From contig CAVRAL010000001.1 of NCBI GenBank assembly GCA_963719085.1, forward strand, positions 800,001 to 864,000: a DNA stretch of 64,000 bases, read 5' to 3'. The notes beneath the pieces are model-generated. The model was not told the origin of the DNA. It did not search any database and saw nothing but the letters and a program-made list of their open reading frames with translations. The stretch is from a candidate division FCPU426 bacterium. Lineage in GTDB: Bacteria; Oederibacteriota; Muellerivitia; Muellerivitales; Muellerivitaceae. Position 1 is the stretch's first letter, and each line of letters begins with the position of its first letter. The translations under genes and the position numbers were made by a program. Below, piece after piece: positions 50,184 through 59,477 of this stretch.

Positions 50184-50936
50184 TCAATTCACCCAATGGC
50201 GGCGCGAGAGAAAAACCACCAGGATCGTGAAAAAACTCCAACAACAGAAAAGCTCGAACCAGAGGGGGCCCGGAACCTTGGCGAAGGCTTCCAGGACCGT
50301 GGACAACCAAGGGGAGTTGTCCTGCTCGGCCTTGAGCAGTTTTCCCCAAGCGTCCGCGCTGAGGTAAAAATCAACGACGAACCAAAGCTGCAGCGGTGTC
50401 ACGGTCCAAACCGTGCTTTTGGAACCGCTTAAAAAAGAGGCGCCGCAGACGAAAAAGGCCAGCCCGGATAAAATCCAATAACAGAGTGAAAAGGGCGGGC
50501 CCAGGGGATGGCCCAACACAATGACCTGGCCGCAAAAGGTCCATCCGCAGAAAAAAACGAAAGCCAGCGTGATCTCGCCCATGCCGGCCAAAAGGACGTA
50601 ATCATTCAGCTTGAATTTCGGATGGATGATCTTGATGTCCGCCACCACATGGGCGGACGAGGAGGTCAGATAACGGATCCCCAGGCAAAATTCCCCCAGC
50701 GTGGGATTCAGGTGCTCCCGGCACCAAAGCAGCTCGGCCACCAGCAGGATGAGAAACGACGAGCTCCAGTAACTTTGCCATCCAAAGGTGAAGCAGACGA
50801 TCCAGGCGAAAAAAGACGAGATCAAGACATCCAAATAAAGGCTGGCCAGGCGCCTCAAGGCGGAAGGTTTGGCCGCGGGTTCGCGGCCTCCCGGGGTGGG
50901 CGCGCCCGCGGCGCCGGTTGCCGTGGATCCGCTCAT
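50184..50936 (-). CDS. Membrane protein, RDD-like N-terminus
   Basis: LRRLASLYLD and TLGEFCLGIR; multiple TM helices. Confidence 0.55.
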   Translation of the reverse strand: MSGSTATGAAGAPTPGGREPAAKPSALRRLASLYLDVLISSFFAWIVCFTFGWQSYWSSSFLILLVAELLWCREHLNPTLGEFCLGIRYLTSSSAHVVADIKIIHPKFKLNDYVLLAGMGEITLAFVFFCGWTFCGQVIVLGHPLGPPFSLCYWILSGLAFFVCGASFLSGSKSTVWTVTPLQLWFVVDFYLSADAWGKLLKAEQDNSPWLSTVLEAFAKVPGPLWFELFCCWSFFTILVVFLSRRHWVN

Positions 50937-51418
50937 GGGTGCCCCAGATTGAGCAGCATGGCGATTTCATCGCAGTCGGAAAACTTGGTGCAATGGACGC
51001 AATCGCCCCATATTTTTTGGGGAAGCGTCAGTTTCTCGACCTGTTGAAAGCCGAGTTTATTGAAAAAAGCGGTTTGATAGGTCAGGGCGAAAATCCGGTT
51101 CAGCCGCATTTCATTCGCGTCCTCAATACAGGCGGTCATCAGGCGTTTGCCGATCCCCTTGCCAATCAGGGATTCTTCCACGGCCAAGGAACGGACTTCG
51201 GCCAAATCCTCGCCGACCGGATGAAGCGCCACCACGCCCTTGACGACCGTGGGTTCGCCCTCGGATGCTTCCAGGGCCACATGGAAGTCCCGGATCTTCT
51301 CGATGATCTGCGAGAAAGGCCGTGGCAACATGAGTCCCTTGGAGGAATAGAAACCGATCAAATTGAGAATGGAACGGGTATCGGAAGGCCGGGCCCGCCG
51401 GTATGTGATTGCGTTCAT
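50933..51418 (-). CDS. GNAT N-acetyltransferase (short ArgA-like)
   Basis: GLMLPR, LAEVRSLAV, GIGKRL, FALTY and LPQKIWGDC..C. Confidence 0.88.
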   Translation of the reverse strand: MNAITYRRARPSDTRSILNLIGFYSSKGLMLPRPFSQIIEKIRDFHVALEASEGEPTVVKGVVALHPVGEDLAEVRSLAVEESLIGKGIGKRLMTACIEDANEMRLNRIFALTYQTAFFNKLGFQQVEKLTLPQKIWGDCVHCTKFSDCDEIAMLLNLGHP

Positions 51419-51432
51419 GGTCGCTTTATAAT

Positions 51433-51473
51433 AAAAAAGCTGGCTCCCCAAACCAAGGGAAACCAGCCTTTTT
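51433..51473. terminator. Probable bidirectional intrinsic terminator
   Basis: A-run, GCTGG..CCC / GGG..CCAGC hairpin, T-run, just downstream of the 51493 gene. Confidence 0.6.
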
Positions 51474-51492
51474 AAATTATTTGTTTAAACTT

Positions 51493-52344
51493 TTATTCGG
51501 AAAAGAGCGTCAAACCGCCGCCCACGAGCAAGCCGACCGTGCCGCCCAAGTCCAAGCCGCCAAAGGCCTGCAATTGAACGTCGTGCCCGGTCCGAATACC
51601 CACCAAGAGAGGGGTTCCGCCCAAGCCGCCCGCCACCACCACGCCGTTGGTCGCCAATTCGGCGATACCGGTCAAATCCTTATCAAACGGATAGGCCGCG
51701 CCCAAATCCATTTGGAAGTAGGACCAGCTGCCCGAAATGCCGCCGAAGTTATAAGTCTGGATATAAAGCCCCAGCTTGCCGTTCAACTGCAAGCCGTCGG
51801 CGAAGGTATAGGTGACGACGCCATAAGGGTCAAAGCCGAAAACGCCCGAGCCCAAAGAGTTCGACAAGGGACCCACGGCGAAATCCAACCCCGCGGCGAT
51901 ATTCAGGTTCTTGTTATGTCCGACGTCCGTGAAGGCATACTTGCCGCCGAAGCCCAGGTAATTCAGGCCGCTGCCGCCGGTGACGCTGTAAAAGGCCGTG
52001 TTGACGTTGACGGTGATCTTATCGGTGATTCCGTAGCTGACGCCGAAGGGAACCTGGAATTGATTGCCCCAAGTATCAAAAGTCACGTGGGCGTTCCCGG
52101 CGATTTGTCCCTGACGCAGGACCGAAGCGGTATCAGCGAAGAAGTAACCCGGCTTCCCGGAGATATTCAAACCGGAAATCGGCATCGGCTGCCCCATGGC
52201 TTCCATGCGGGCGTGACGCTCTTCCTTCTTCACTTCTTCTTTTTTCTTTTTCTTTTTGGAGGCGGCGTCCGCCGGTCCAGCGCAAAGGCTCAAAGCCAGC
52301 GCCAAGGTCAATCCACCTAAAACCCAACGGTTCAGAAGCTTCAT
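51493..52344 (-). CDS. Secreted protein, probable outer membrane beta-barrel
   Basis: Signal peptide, GGAGG SD, Gly/aromatic-rich amphipathic strands (GVSYGITD, FGGKYAF, LGAAYPF). Confidence 0.6.
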   Translation of the reverse strand: MKLLNRWVLGGLTLALALSLCAGPADAASKKKKKKEEVKKEERHARMEAMGQPMPISGLNISGKPGYFFADTASVLRQGQIAGNAHVTFDTWGNQFQVPFGVSYGITDKITVNVNTAFYSVTGGSGLNYLGFGGKYAFTDVGHNKNLNIAAGLDFAVGPLSNSLGSGVFGFDPYGVVTYTFADGLQLNGKLGLYIQTYNFGGISGSWSYFQMDLGAAYPFDKDLTGIAELATNGVVVAGGLGGTPLLVGIRTGHDVQLQAFGGLDLGGTVGLLVGGGLTLFSE

Positions 52345-52403
52345 AGTCGCAGTCCTCCAAAATTTTGTTCGTGCCCCACGCGAAACGGTCCCCCGGGGGT
52401 CAC

Positions 52404-54119
52404 CTATCTAGTGGGGCGCATTCTAACATAGAGTTCCTTGGCGTGGGAGCGGGAAGTTTCGGAAATAGGCTCTCCGCCGAGCATTTTCGCCAGCTCCTCG
52501 ATCCGTTCGGGTTCCGTTAAACGGCTTACCTGGACGGCCGTTAGGCCTTTTTCGACCGATTTGGAGACTTGGAAGTGCCAATCCCCCAGTCCCGCGATGG
52601 GCGCCAAATGCGAGATGCAAAGCACTTGCTTGGATTGGGAAAGCCGGTTGAGCAAATCGGCCACCGATGGGGCGGTGCGGGCGCCGACGCCGGTGTCGAT
52701 CTCATCAAAAATCAAAGTGGGGATATTATCGCTGTCCGCCAAGACGGTTTTTAGCCCCAGCATGACCCGGGAAGCCTCGCCTCCCGAAGCCACCTTGGCC
52801 AAGGGCCTTAAGGGTTCGCCCGGATTGGCGGAAAAAAGAAATTCCACCCGGTCCCAGCCCAGCGGGCTCAATTGATAAGCCGTTCCCTTTTCCACAATCG
52901 GACTGGCGGCTTCCTCGACCGGCGTGACGGAAATGGAAAGCTTCGCGTGCGGCAACCCCAGTTCTTTGAGCGATTTTTCAACTTGCGCCGAAAGGTCCTT
53001 GCCGACTTTTTCCCGTTGGCGGCTCAGCGCCTGCGCCAGGTTCTTGTAAGTTTGGGCCGCCGCCTGTATTTCCGAGGCGATCTGGGCCAACCGGCCTTCC
53101 CGGCCGGAGAGATTTTTCAACTCCTCGGCAATTTGCCGGTGGTAATTTTGAATTTCAACGAGCGTGGCCCCGTATTTTTTTTTCATCCGGTTTAAAAGAT
53201 CAATCTGGTCGGATAATTCCTGGTATTCCCCGTCGCTAAAAGCGTAGCCCTCCAGTTTATTGGCTAGTTCCAGTGAAAACTGGCTTAAGGACTCCTGCAA
53301 AGCGTCGCCTTGTTTGACCAATTCTTCCAAGCGTGGATCCAGTTTGGCGGAGTCCCGGAGGCGCGAAAGCGAGGATCCAAATAAGCCCTCGGCGCCGCCT
53401 TCGTCGGAATCCAGGGATTGTTGGGCCTCGGTTAAGTGCTTGACGATTTTTTCCGAGTGTTTGAAAAGCTGGAACTTTTGGACCATCTCGTCCTCGTTCA
53501 TGTCCAATACGCCCGAATCCTCAATTTCTTTCACTTGAAAACTCAGAAGGTCGATCCGGCGCTCGATTTGGGCCGCGTCGCCGCCCAAGTTTTTTTGCTC
53601 GTCCAGGAGCGCGGTTATTTTTTGATAGCTGTCGTTTATTTTCGGAAGCGAGGAATCCAAATGGCCGTAGTCATCGACCAGCTGGCGGTGTTTGGAAATG
53701 TTAAAGATGGCCTGGTGCTCGTGCTGGCCGTGGATGTCGACGAGCTGATCGCCCAATTCCTCAATCATGGCGGCGGTGGCCATCTCACCGTTGATATAGC
53801 TTCGGGTTTTGCCTGAGGAGCGGGTGAACTCGCGCTTCACCACCAATTCCCCGTCCCGGACCTCAATGCCCCGTTCCCTTATTTTCGCCAGGACCGGATG
53901 TTTGGCCGGAAGATGGAAAAGCGCCTCGACCAGGGCCCGTTCCTCGCCCTGGCGCAGCATGTCGAGCTTGATCCGGTCCCCCAACAAAAAATGCAGGGCA
54001 TCCACGATGAGGGACTTGCCCGCGCCGGTCTCGCCGGTCATCACGTTGAAACCGGGGCCGAATTCCAAGGCCGCCGAATCCACAATGGCGAAATTTTTAA
54101 TTGAGATTTGCCTTAACAA
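52404..54119 (-). CDS. recN: DNA repair protein RecN
   Basis: TGETGAGKS, IHGQHEH, ASGGEASR, FDEIDTGV and ISHL. Confidence 0.97.
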   Translation of the reverse strand: MLRQISIKNFAIVDSAALEFGPGFNVMTGETGAGKSLIVDALHFLLGDRIKLDMLRQGEERALVEALFHLPAKHPVLAKIRERGIEVRDGELVVKREFTRSSGKTRSYINGEMATAAMIEELGDQLVDIHGQHEHQAIFNISKHRQLVDDYGHLDSSLPKINDSYQKITALLDEQKNLGGDAAQIERRIDLLSFQVKEIEDSGVLDMNEDEMVQKFQLFKHSEKIVKHLTEAQQSLDSDEGGAEGLFGSSLSRLRDSAKLDPRLEELVKQGDALQESLSQFSLELANKLEGYAFSDGEYQELSDQIDLLNRMKKKYGATLVEIQNYHRQIAEELKNLSGREGRLAQIASEIQAAAQTYKNLAQALSRQREKVGKDLSAQVEKSLKELGLPHAKLSISVTPVEEAASPIVEKGTAYQLSPLGWDRVEFLFSANPGEPLRPLAKVASGGEASRVMLGLKTVLADSDNIPTLIFDEIDTGVGARTAPSVADLLNRLSQSKQVLCISHLAPIAGLGDWHFQVSKSVEKGLTAVQVSRLTEPERIEELAKMLGGEPISETSRSHAKELYVRMRPTR

Positions 54120-54120
54120 G

Positions 54121-55044
54121 TCAGCCTCTCTCGCTTGAGTCTTGGCGGCGCGCCTGCAGTAAATAAGTGGCTTCCGCCCCCAATAAAATAATCACCCAGG
54201 AGAGATAAAACCACAACAAGATGACCGGAATCATCCAAAGGGCGCCGTAAATATTGGAATGGGAGACGATGTTGACCGCATACCAGGTGATCAGCCTTCG
54301 GCCCGTCTCGATCAAAAACGCCGTCACGGCCCCCGCCAAAAGGGCCGGACGCCAGGCCACCTTCGTGTTGGGGATGCAAAGATACATGGCCGCGCAAATC
54401 AGGCCCAGTAAAAGATAAGGCACCAGGGTGGTGAAGAGCCAGTGGTGAAAGCCCGGAGACAGCCAGCTTTCCCGCGCCATCCAGGTTTCCAGGCTTAAAA
54501 CCGTGATGGCCGCCAAGGGCGCTCCGATCAACAAAATCCCGTGGCGCAGGATTTGGGCATGAAGCGCCCGCTTGTCCCCCACTTCCCACAAAATGTTGAA
54601 TGAATGCTCCACGTCGCGCATCAAAAGCAAAAGCACCACGAAAAAAGCCGCCAAGCCCAATAGGCCCACCTTGGCCGAATGGGCCGCGAAGCGCTGAACG
54701 GAAGCCCGGATCTGGTCTTTGGCGACCTGGTTCAACCGCTGGATGCCCTTATGCTCGCCGGCGTCCAGATTCAAACTGGAGTCGTCGACGGGATAAATCA
54801 GGTCCACGATCTTGTTCACGAATTGCTCCCGCTGGTCGGCGAAGCTGTCGGCGGATAAGACCGCCATGCTGATGGCCAGGGCCGGAACGAGGGCCAAAAG
54901 GGTTTTAAAGGCCAGCGAGCTGGCGTAAAGCCTTTTGCGGCCGCGGATCAATTGCTTGGCCAGGGTCAATAGCCGGCGCGGGCTCAAGGGAGCGGGCTTA
55001 GGGGCGTGGGAAAAATGCCGGTCGCTCGATCGGAAATGTTTCAA
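54121..55044 (-). CDS. YihY/virulence factor BrkB family membrane protein
   Basis: ASSLAFKTLLALVP, FN.LW and IYGAL..IPVILLWFYLSW.IIL.GAE. Confidence 0.9.
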   Translation of the reverse strand: MKHFRSSDRHFSHAPKPAPLSPRRLLTLAKQLIRGRKRLYASSLAFKTLLALVPALAISMAVLSADSFADQREQFVNKIVDLIYPVDDSSLNLDAGEHKGIQRLNQVAKDQIRASVQRFAAHSAKVGLLGLAAFFVVLLLLMRDVEHSFNILWEVGDKRALHAQILRHGILLIGAPLAAITVLSLETWMARESWLSPGFHHWLFTTLVPYLLLGLICAAMYLCIPNTKVAWRPALLAGAVTAFLIETGRRLITWYAVNIVSHSNIYGALWMIPVILLWFYLSWVIILLGAEATYLLQARRQDSSERG

Positions 55045-55131
55045 GCTGTCTCCATTGGTTTTTAAAGCTCGAGTTACTTGTCGTTACATTAATTGGAACT
55101 ATGGACCTAGCAAACTCGTGAAGATTTTAGT

Positions 55132-55229
55132 TTTTCTCCTTTTCCCTTGAGGGGAGAAGGTCGGGATGAGGGTGATTCCATTAAGGCTTACCGCTCACCC
55201 TGACCCTCTCCCTCAAAGGGAGAGGGAAA
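55132..55229. repeat. CCCTCTCCC/GGGAGAGGG-type paired palindromic element
   Basis: Two inverted units: CTCCTTTTCCCTTGAGGGGAGAAGGTCGGGATGAGGG and CTCACCCTGACCCTCTCCCTCAAAGGGAGAGGG. Confidence 0.75.
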
Positions 55230-55285
55230 TTATTTTAAATGGGTTTGCCGGGCGTTTTGTTCATTATTAATTTATCCCGAAAAAT

Positions 55286-55320
55286 AAAAAAGCCCCCGAA
55301 CCTTGCGGTTCAGGGGCTTT
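55286..55320 (-). terminator. Intrinsic terminator of the cold-shock gene
   Basis: AAAGCCCC-GAACC...GGTTC-GGGGCTTT hairpin followed by a T-run on the minus strand. Confidence 0.85.
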
Positions 55321-55343
55321 CGAAGCTTAAAATCTAATTGAAA

Positions 55344-55544
55344 TTAGATTTTGCGAACGTTTTCGGCTTTCAAACCTTTGTCACCGCGGGCAACTTCGAA
55401 TTCCACGCGATCACCCTCGTTCAGGCTCTTGAATCCATCCGACTGAATGGCCGAGAAGTGAACAAATACATCTTCACCACCGTCCTGGGAAATGAAACCA
55501 AAACCTTTTTCATTCTTAAACCACTTCACTGTACCTTGTGCCAT
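55344..55544 (-). CDS. cspA: Cold-shock protein
   Basis: [21 protein letters not shown] and GFKSL. Confidence 0.95.
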   Translation of the reverse strand: MAQGTVKWFKNEKGFGFISQDGGEDVFVHFSAIQSDGFKSLNEGDRVEFEVARGDKGLKAENVRKI

Positions 55545-55740
55545 TGCTGTAAAACCTCTACTCTTCTAAAAATTTAAAATCTTCCTTTCGGCGTAAAGCC
55601 TTAGGAAGCCGTTATCATACAAGAATTAGCGAAAATGTGAAGAAATTAATCAACAAATTTCAGTCTTTTCCGTTGAAAACGCTGTCGAAAGGGTAAGAAC
55701 CGGGGGGCTCGTCTTCAAGGCCATCGCCTAAAAATAGGCC

Positions 55741-58700
55741 CTAGACCTTCGTCAGATCTTTATTGACCGGCGCGGGCTTATAGGCTTGGGGAATCTCCTG
55801 GCCGGATAATATCTGCTCGGCTTGGGACTTCGCCCGTTCCATTTTGGGGTAACGGACCGCCCGGTAGCCCCGGACTTCCTCCGGCAGGGATAAAACGCGG
55901 ACCCAGCGGTCATATTGCTCCGGATTTTTGAACTCAAACCGGTCGACCAAGGCCTCATACCAGCTCCGGAAGGCCTTTTCTTTCTCGTGCCAGGTCGGAA
56001 GCAGGCGGCGCAGGAATTTCATGTGCTTCATTCCGTTCAACATCCAGTCCCGGGTTTTCATGTCGAAGACAATCTTTAAACCGAAGAGGTCAAACTCAGG
56101 CCGGTTGAAATGGCGGTACTTGATCTTGTCGCCGGAGGTCAAATCGACCTTATAACGGGCGGCGTCTTTCTCGTACTTTTCGGGGCTGGTCAAAAGATGG
56201 GCCACATAAACCTCATCCTTGATTTCCATGACCTTATGCAGATATTTCACCACGGCCTGGGTGGCCGCCCAGTTCCCCGCTGCGCTGTCCTTTTTAAAGA
56301 CGGCCAAGACCCGGTCCAAATAACGGCGGGCATAGGCGGCGTTCTCGAATTCGAACAAGTCATAAAGCCGGCTGACGAATTGCTCGCGGGTATCGTCGTC
56401 CCCGGTCCAAATCGACAGGAACTCCTCGGTCATTTTCAAATAAGTCTTGGCGCGCGAGCCGCCCAAGAGTTTGGCTTTCTTTTGGGTGACCTCTTCCAAG
56501 CTGAGGCGCACCGCCACATTGTATTTTTCAGGATGCAGGACCAAATCCCGTCCCAAATGGAACGCGTCAATATTGTGCTTGGCGGCGCTGGGGCTGAAAT
56601 TATCCTTCACGGACTCGATCAGCTCGCTCAAGGTCAAGGGCAGGAGGCCTTTTTGGAAAGCCACGCCCAAGAGCAGGATGTTCACGAACACCTTGTTGCC
56701 CAGGTAATGCTCGGCAATGTCGCACATGTCGGCGCCGAAATAATCCAGCGCGTGTTTTTGGAACAACTCCGCCAATTGGGACGGCGTAAAATCGTCCTTG
56801 CCTAACAGGCTCAGGATGGTATGGGTCTTGTGGGTGTTGATGACCGAATGGGTTTTTCCCTTGGAGCCGATCCTAAACTGCATCTTGGGGTCCAGGCCCC
56901 GCGCGGCCTCCAGGATATCCAGGCCTAAAAGCAGGTCGACCTTGCCCTGGGGCATGAGCGGTGAGACCACTTTTTTATTTTTGGAGTAGGTGATCTGGGA
57001 ATAGACCCCGCCGTTGCGGATGGCGATTCCCTTTTTATCGCAAAAGGTCACGTGATAGCCGTGCTTCAAGGCGGCCCGCACCAAAACCGCGGTGGAGCTT
57101 CCGATCCCCATGCCCCCCACCCCGGCGATATAGCCGCGCCAATCCTCGTCAAACTCGTAAGGCTTGGGCTCCGGCAGGGTCGAGGGATCGGGCAATTTCA
57201 GCGCGGCCGGTTTGTGGGTGCGGACGATGGTCAGTTCCTCGAAGGCCGGGCAGGCCTTCACCCGGGTACAGGCCATATCGGACACGCAATAGGAAAGGTC
57301 GGTCGACATTTTCGGGCCGTAAAGGCTGGGCTCAATAGCCAGTCCCGGGCAGCCCGTCAAGCGGGTGCATTCCAAGCAGTATTCACAGGTGTGGTCGTTG
57401 ACGTTGATGCGCTTTTGCTCGGGCAGGTAGCCCAGCTTGGCCTTTTCCCGGCTCAATTCTTTTCGTTTGCGGCGGTGGAAGGTGATGCCGCATTCCTTGT
57501 CGGCGATGATGAATTTCACCCCGTCTTCCAAAAGCATGTCCTCTAAAATTTGGCGGTAATCTTCCCGGTTTTCGGGGTTGATGCGGGCGATGGAGACATT
57601 GTCCCCTTTGGTGAAACCCTGCAGGACCGTTTCAATATCCTGGCCGAAGGTGGGATTGCCCATCAGGTCCTCGTCCATGCCCGGATTGGGCTGGTGGCCC
57701 GTCATGGCGGTGGTTTTGTTGTCCAACACGACGTAAAGCACGTCCTGGTTGTTTTTAATCGAGTCGGAGACCTCCGCCAGCCCTGAGTGGAAAAAGGTCG
57801 AGTCGCCGATGAAGCAAACCGATTTGTTCGTGGAAAAAGGCGAAAGCCCCGCGCCCGTTCCCCCGCCCAAACCCATGCCGATATAGTTGTGCATCAAGGG
57901 GCCGTTCGGCGGCATGAACAAAAGCACGTAACAGCCCGCGTCCCCGTGGAACAAAATGTCCAGCGGCTTGCTCTTGTGCTTCTTTTTCATGTAAACGGGA
58001 TCTTTGAAATCAGCGACCAATTGCAGGAATACCGAGGAAGAATCCCGGTGCGGACAGCCCGGGCAGAAAGACGGCGTGCGGGCCGGAATGGAAACCTCAA
58101 TTTTTTCCAAGCTATCCAGGAAGGCAATTTCTTTTTTTACCTGGGCGGTGGAAACCTCGAACTCCTCGAACAAAGGCGCCAAGGTGCGCATCACGACAGC
58201 CGGGCTCAAACCTTGATCGGTCGGGAATCCTTTTAAATCATCCGGGAACGATTTTCCCCAGACGGTCGGCATTTCCTTAATCTCGCCGGCCTGATACATA
58301 TCCATGGCGATGTTGCGCACTTGGGATTCGATGAAGCGGCGTTTTTCCTCGGCGACCACCAGGGTGGTGGAGTGTTTCAGGATTTCTTTGATGGCTTCCG
58401 GATCCACGGGATACGACATGCCGAGTTTCAGGATGGGAAACTGGCCCGACATCCCGAATTCGGAAAGGGCTTGGATTAAATAAGTGTAAGAAGCCCCCGC
58501 GGTGATGAAAGCGAAAGGCGATTTCTTTTTGCCCGGGAAAATTTGGTTGATTCCCTTTTTGCGGACGGCCTCTAAAAGCCTGGGGAATTTGACATGGATG
58601 GCTTCTTTTTCCAGCGGCACCGTATGGGGCGGCAATACGATGGAATGTTTCACGTCGATCAAAGAGCTGTCGATGGTCGTTTTGTTCAGGGTCGAAAAAC

Positions 58701-59286
58701 CCTTGGGCGGCTGGTTGGGATAAACCTCCACGCTGCCGCCGCCTTCGGCGGTATAGGTGATCAACAGGTAAGCGATAAAAAGGTCGGCTTCCTCGGACAG
58801 CTCAAAAGCCACCTTCATCCAATCCTTGATTTCTTGGAAAGTGGAAGGCTCCAGCACGGGGATAAACAAATGATCGGATAAACGCCGGGAATCCACCGGC
58901 ACTTGGGTGGTATCGCTCCAGGGATCATCTCCGATGACGATGACGCCGGCCCCTTGGTGGTCTTTCTTGGCCAAGCTTCCGGCCACCAGCGCGTCGGCGG
59001 CCACATGGAAACCCACGGACTTCATCACGGTCACGGCCCGGAGGCCGGCCATTTGGGCGCCGTTGAGCCGGGCGGCCGAGAGCGCTTCGTTATTGGCGAT
59101 TTGGGCCAGGACGCCCGTTTGCTTGAGATAAGGCGCGGCGTTGGCGGCTGCCTCAAAAACATCAGCCACCGGCGAACCGGGATAGCCCGTCAAAAGGGCC
59201 ATGCCGGCTTCCAAACCGCCTTTTAAAATGAGTTCATTGCCGGTGTAGGTTTCAATGCCGGCTTCTTTTGTAAATCGTGGGTCCAT
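55741..59286 (-). CDS. Fused indolepyruvate:ferredoxin oxidoreductase-type enzyme (alpha+beta, with C-terminal extension)
   Basis: GYPGSP, FCPGCPH, TPP motif GDSTFFHSG...DN.TTAMTGHQP, ferredoxin cysteines, GVGGMGI and VRGY tail. Confidence 0.9.
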   Translation of the reverse strand: MDPRFTKEAGIETYTGNELILKGGLEAGMALLTGYPGSPVADVFEAAANAAPYLKQTGVLAQIANNEALSAARLNGAQMAGLRAVTVMKSVGFHVAADALVAGSLAKKDHQGAGVIVIGDDPWSDTTQVPVDSRRLSDHLFIPVLEPSTFQEIKDWMKVAFELSEEADLFIAYLLITYTAEGGGSVEVYPNQPPKGFSTLNKTTIDSSLIDVKHSIVLPPHTVPLEKEAIHVKFPRLLEAVRKKGINQIFPGKKKSPFAFITAGASYTYLIQALSEFGMSGQFPILKLGMSYPVDPEAIKEILKHSTTLVVAEEKRRFIESQVRNIAMDMYQAGEIKEMPTVWGKSFPDDLKGFPTDQGLSPAVVMRTLAPLFEEFEVSTAQVKKEIAFLDSLEKIEVSIPARTPSFCPGCPHRDSSSVFLQLVADFKDPVYMKKKHKSKPLDILFHGDAGCYVLLFMPPNGPLMHNYIGMGLGGGTGAGLSPFSTNKSVCFIGDSTFFHSGLAEVSDSIKNNQDVLYVVLDNKTTAMTGHQPNPGMDEDLMGNPTFGQDIETVLQGFTKGDNVSIARINPENREDYRQILEDMLLEDGVKFIIADKECGITFHRRKRKELSREKAKLGYLPEQKRINVNDHTCEYCLECTRLTGCPGLAIEPSLYGPKMSTDLSYCVSDMACTRVKACPAFEELTIVRTHKPAALKLPDPSTLPEPKPYEFDEDWRGYIAGVGGMGIGSSTAVLVRAALKHGYHVTFCDKKGIAIRNGGVYSQITYSKNKKVVSPLMPQGKVDLLLGLDILEAARGLDPKMQFRIGSKGKTHSVINTHKTHTILSLLGKDDFTPSQLAELFQKHALDYFGADMCDIAEHYLGNKVFVNILLLGVAFQKGLLPLTLSELIESVKDNFSPSAAKHNIDAFHLGRDLVLHPEKYNVAVRLSLEEVTQKKAKLLGGSRAKTYLKMTEEFLSIWTGDDDTREQFVSRLYDLFEFENAAYARRYLDRVLAVFKKDSAAGNWAATQAVVKYLHKVMEIKDEVYVAHLLTSPEKYEKDAARYKVDLTSGDKIKYRHFNRPEFDLFGLKIVFDMKTRDWMLNGMKHMKFLRRLLPTWHEKEKAFRSWYEALVDRFEFKNPEQYDRWVRVLSLPEEVRGYRAVRYPKMERAKSQAEQILSGQEIPQAYKPAPVNKDLTKV

Positions 59287-59351
59287 GAACTAGTTAACTT
59301 ACCTTTCCGGTTGGGATAAATCAATAAGACAAAATTCCTAAAAAACAAACC

Positions 59352-59466
59352 CTTTTTCACCGCCAAGACGCCAAGTAAGACAAAAACCAATTGGGTTTTA
59401 AATCAATTTTGAGTTCTTTTTAAATCCGTTCTTGGCGAACTTGGCGTCTTGGCGGTGAAAAGGTTT
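59352..59466. repeat. CGCCAAG-type palindromic element, copy C (intergenic)
   Basis: TTTTCACCGCCAAGACGCCAAG ... CTTGGCGAACTTGGCGTCTTGGCGGTGAAAA. Confidence 0.9.
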
Positions 59467-59477
59467 TGACTTACGTT

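Noticed and set aside
49192..50367. Long antisense ORFs (also 33451..34434, 51409..52320, 61537..62580)
   Set aside because: They shadow well-supported genes on the opposite strand, have no recognisable motifs, and are expected from codon bias.
52345..52403. GC-rich hairpin between recN and the 51493 gene as a riboswitch
   Set aside because: Too short, and no recognisable aptamer consensus.
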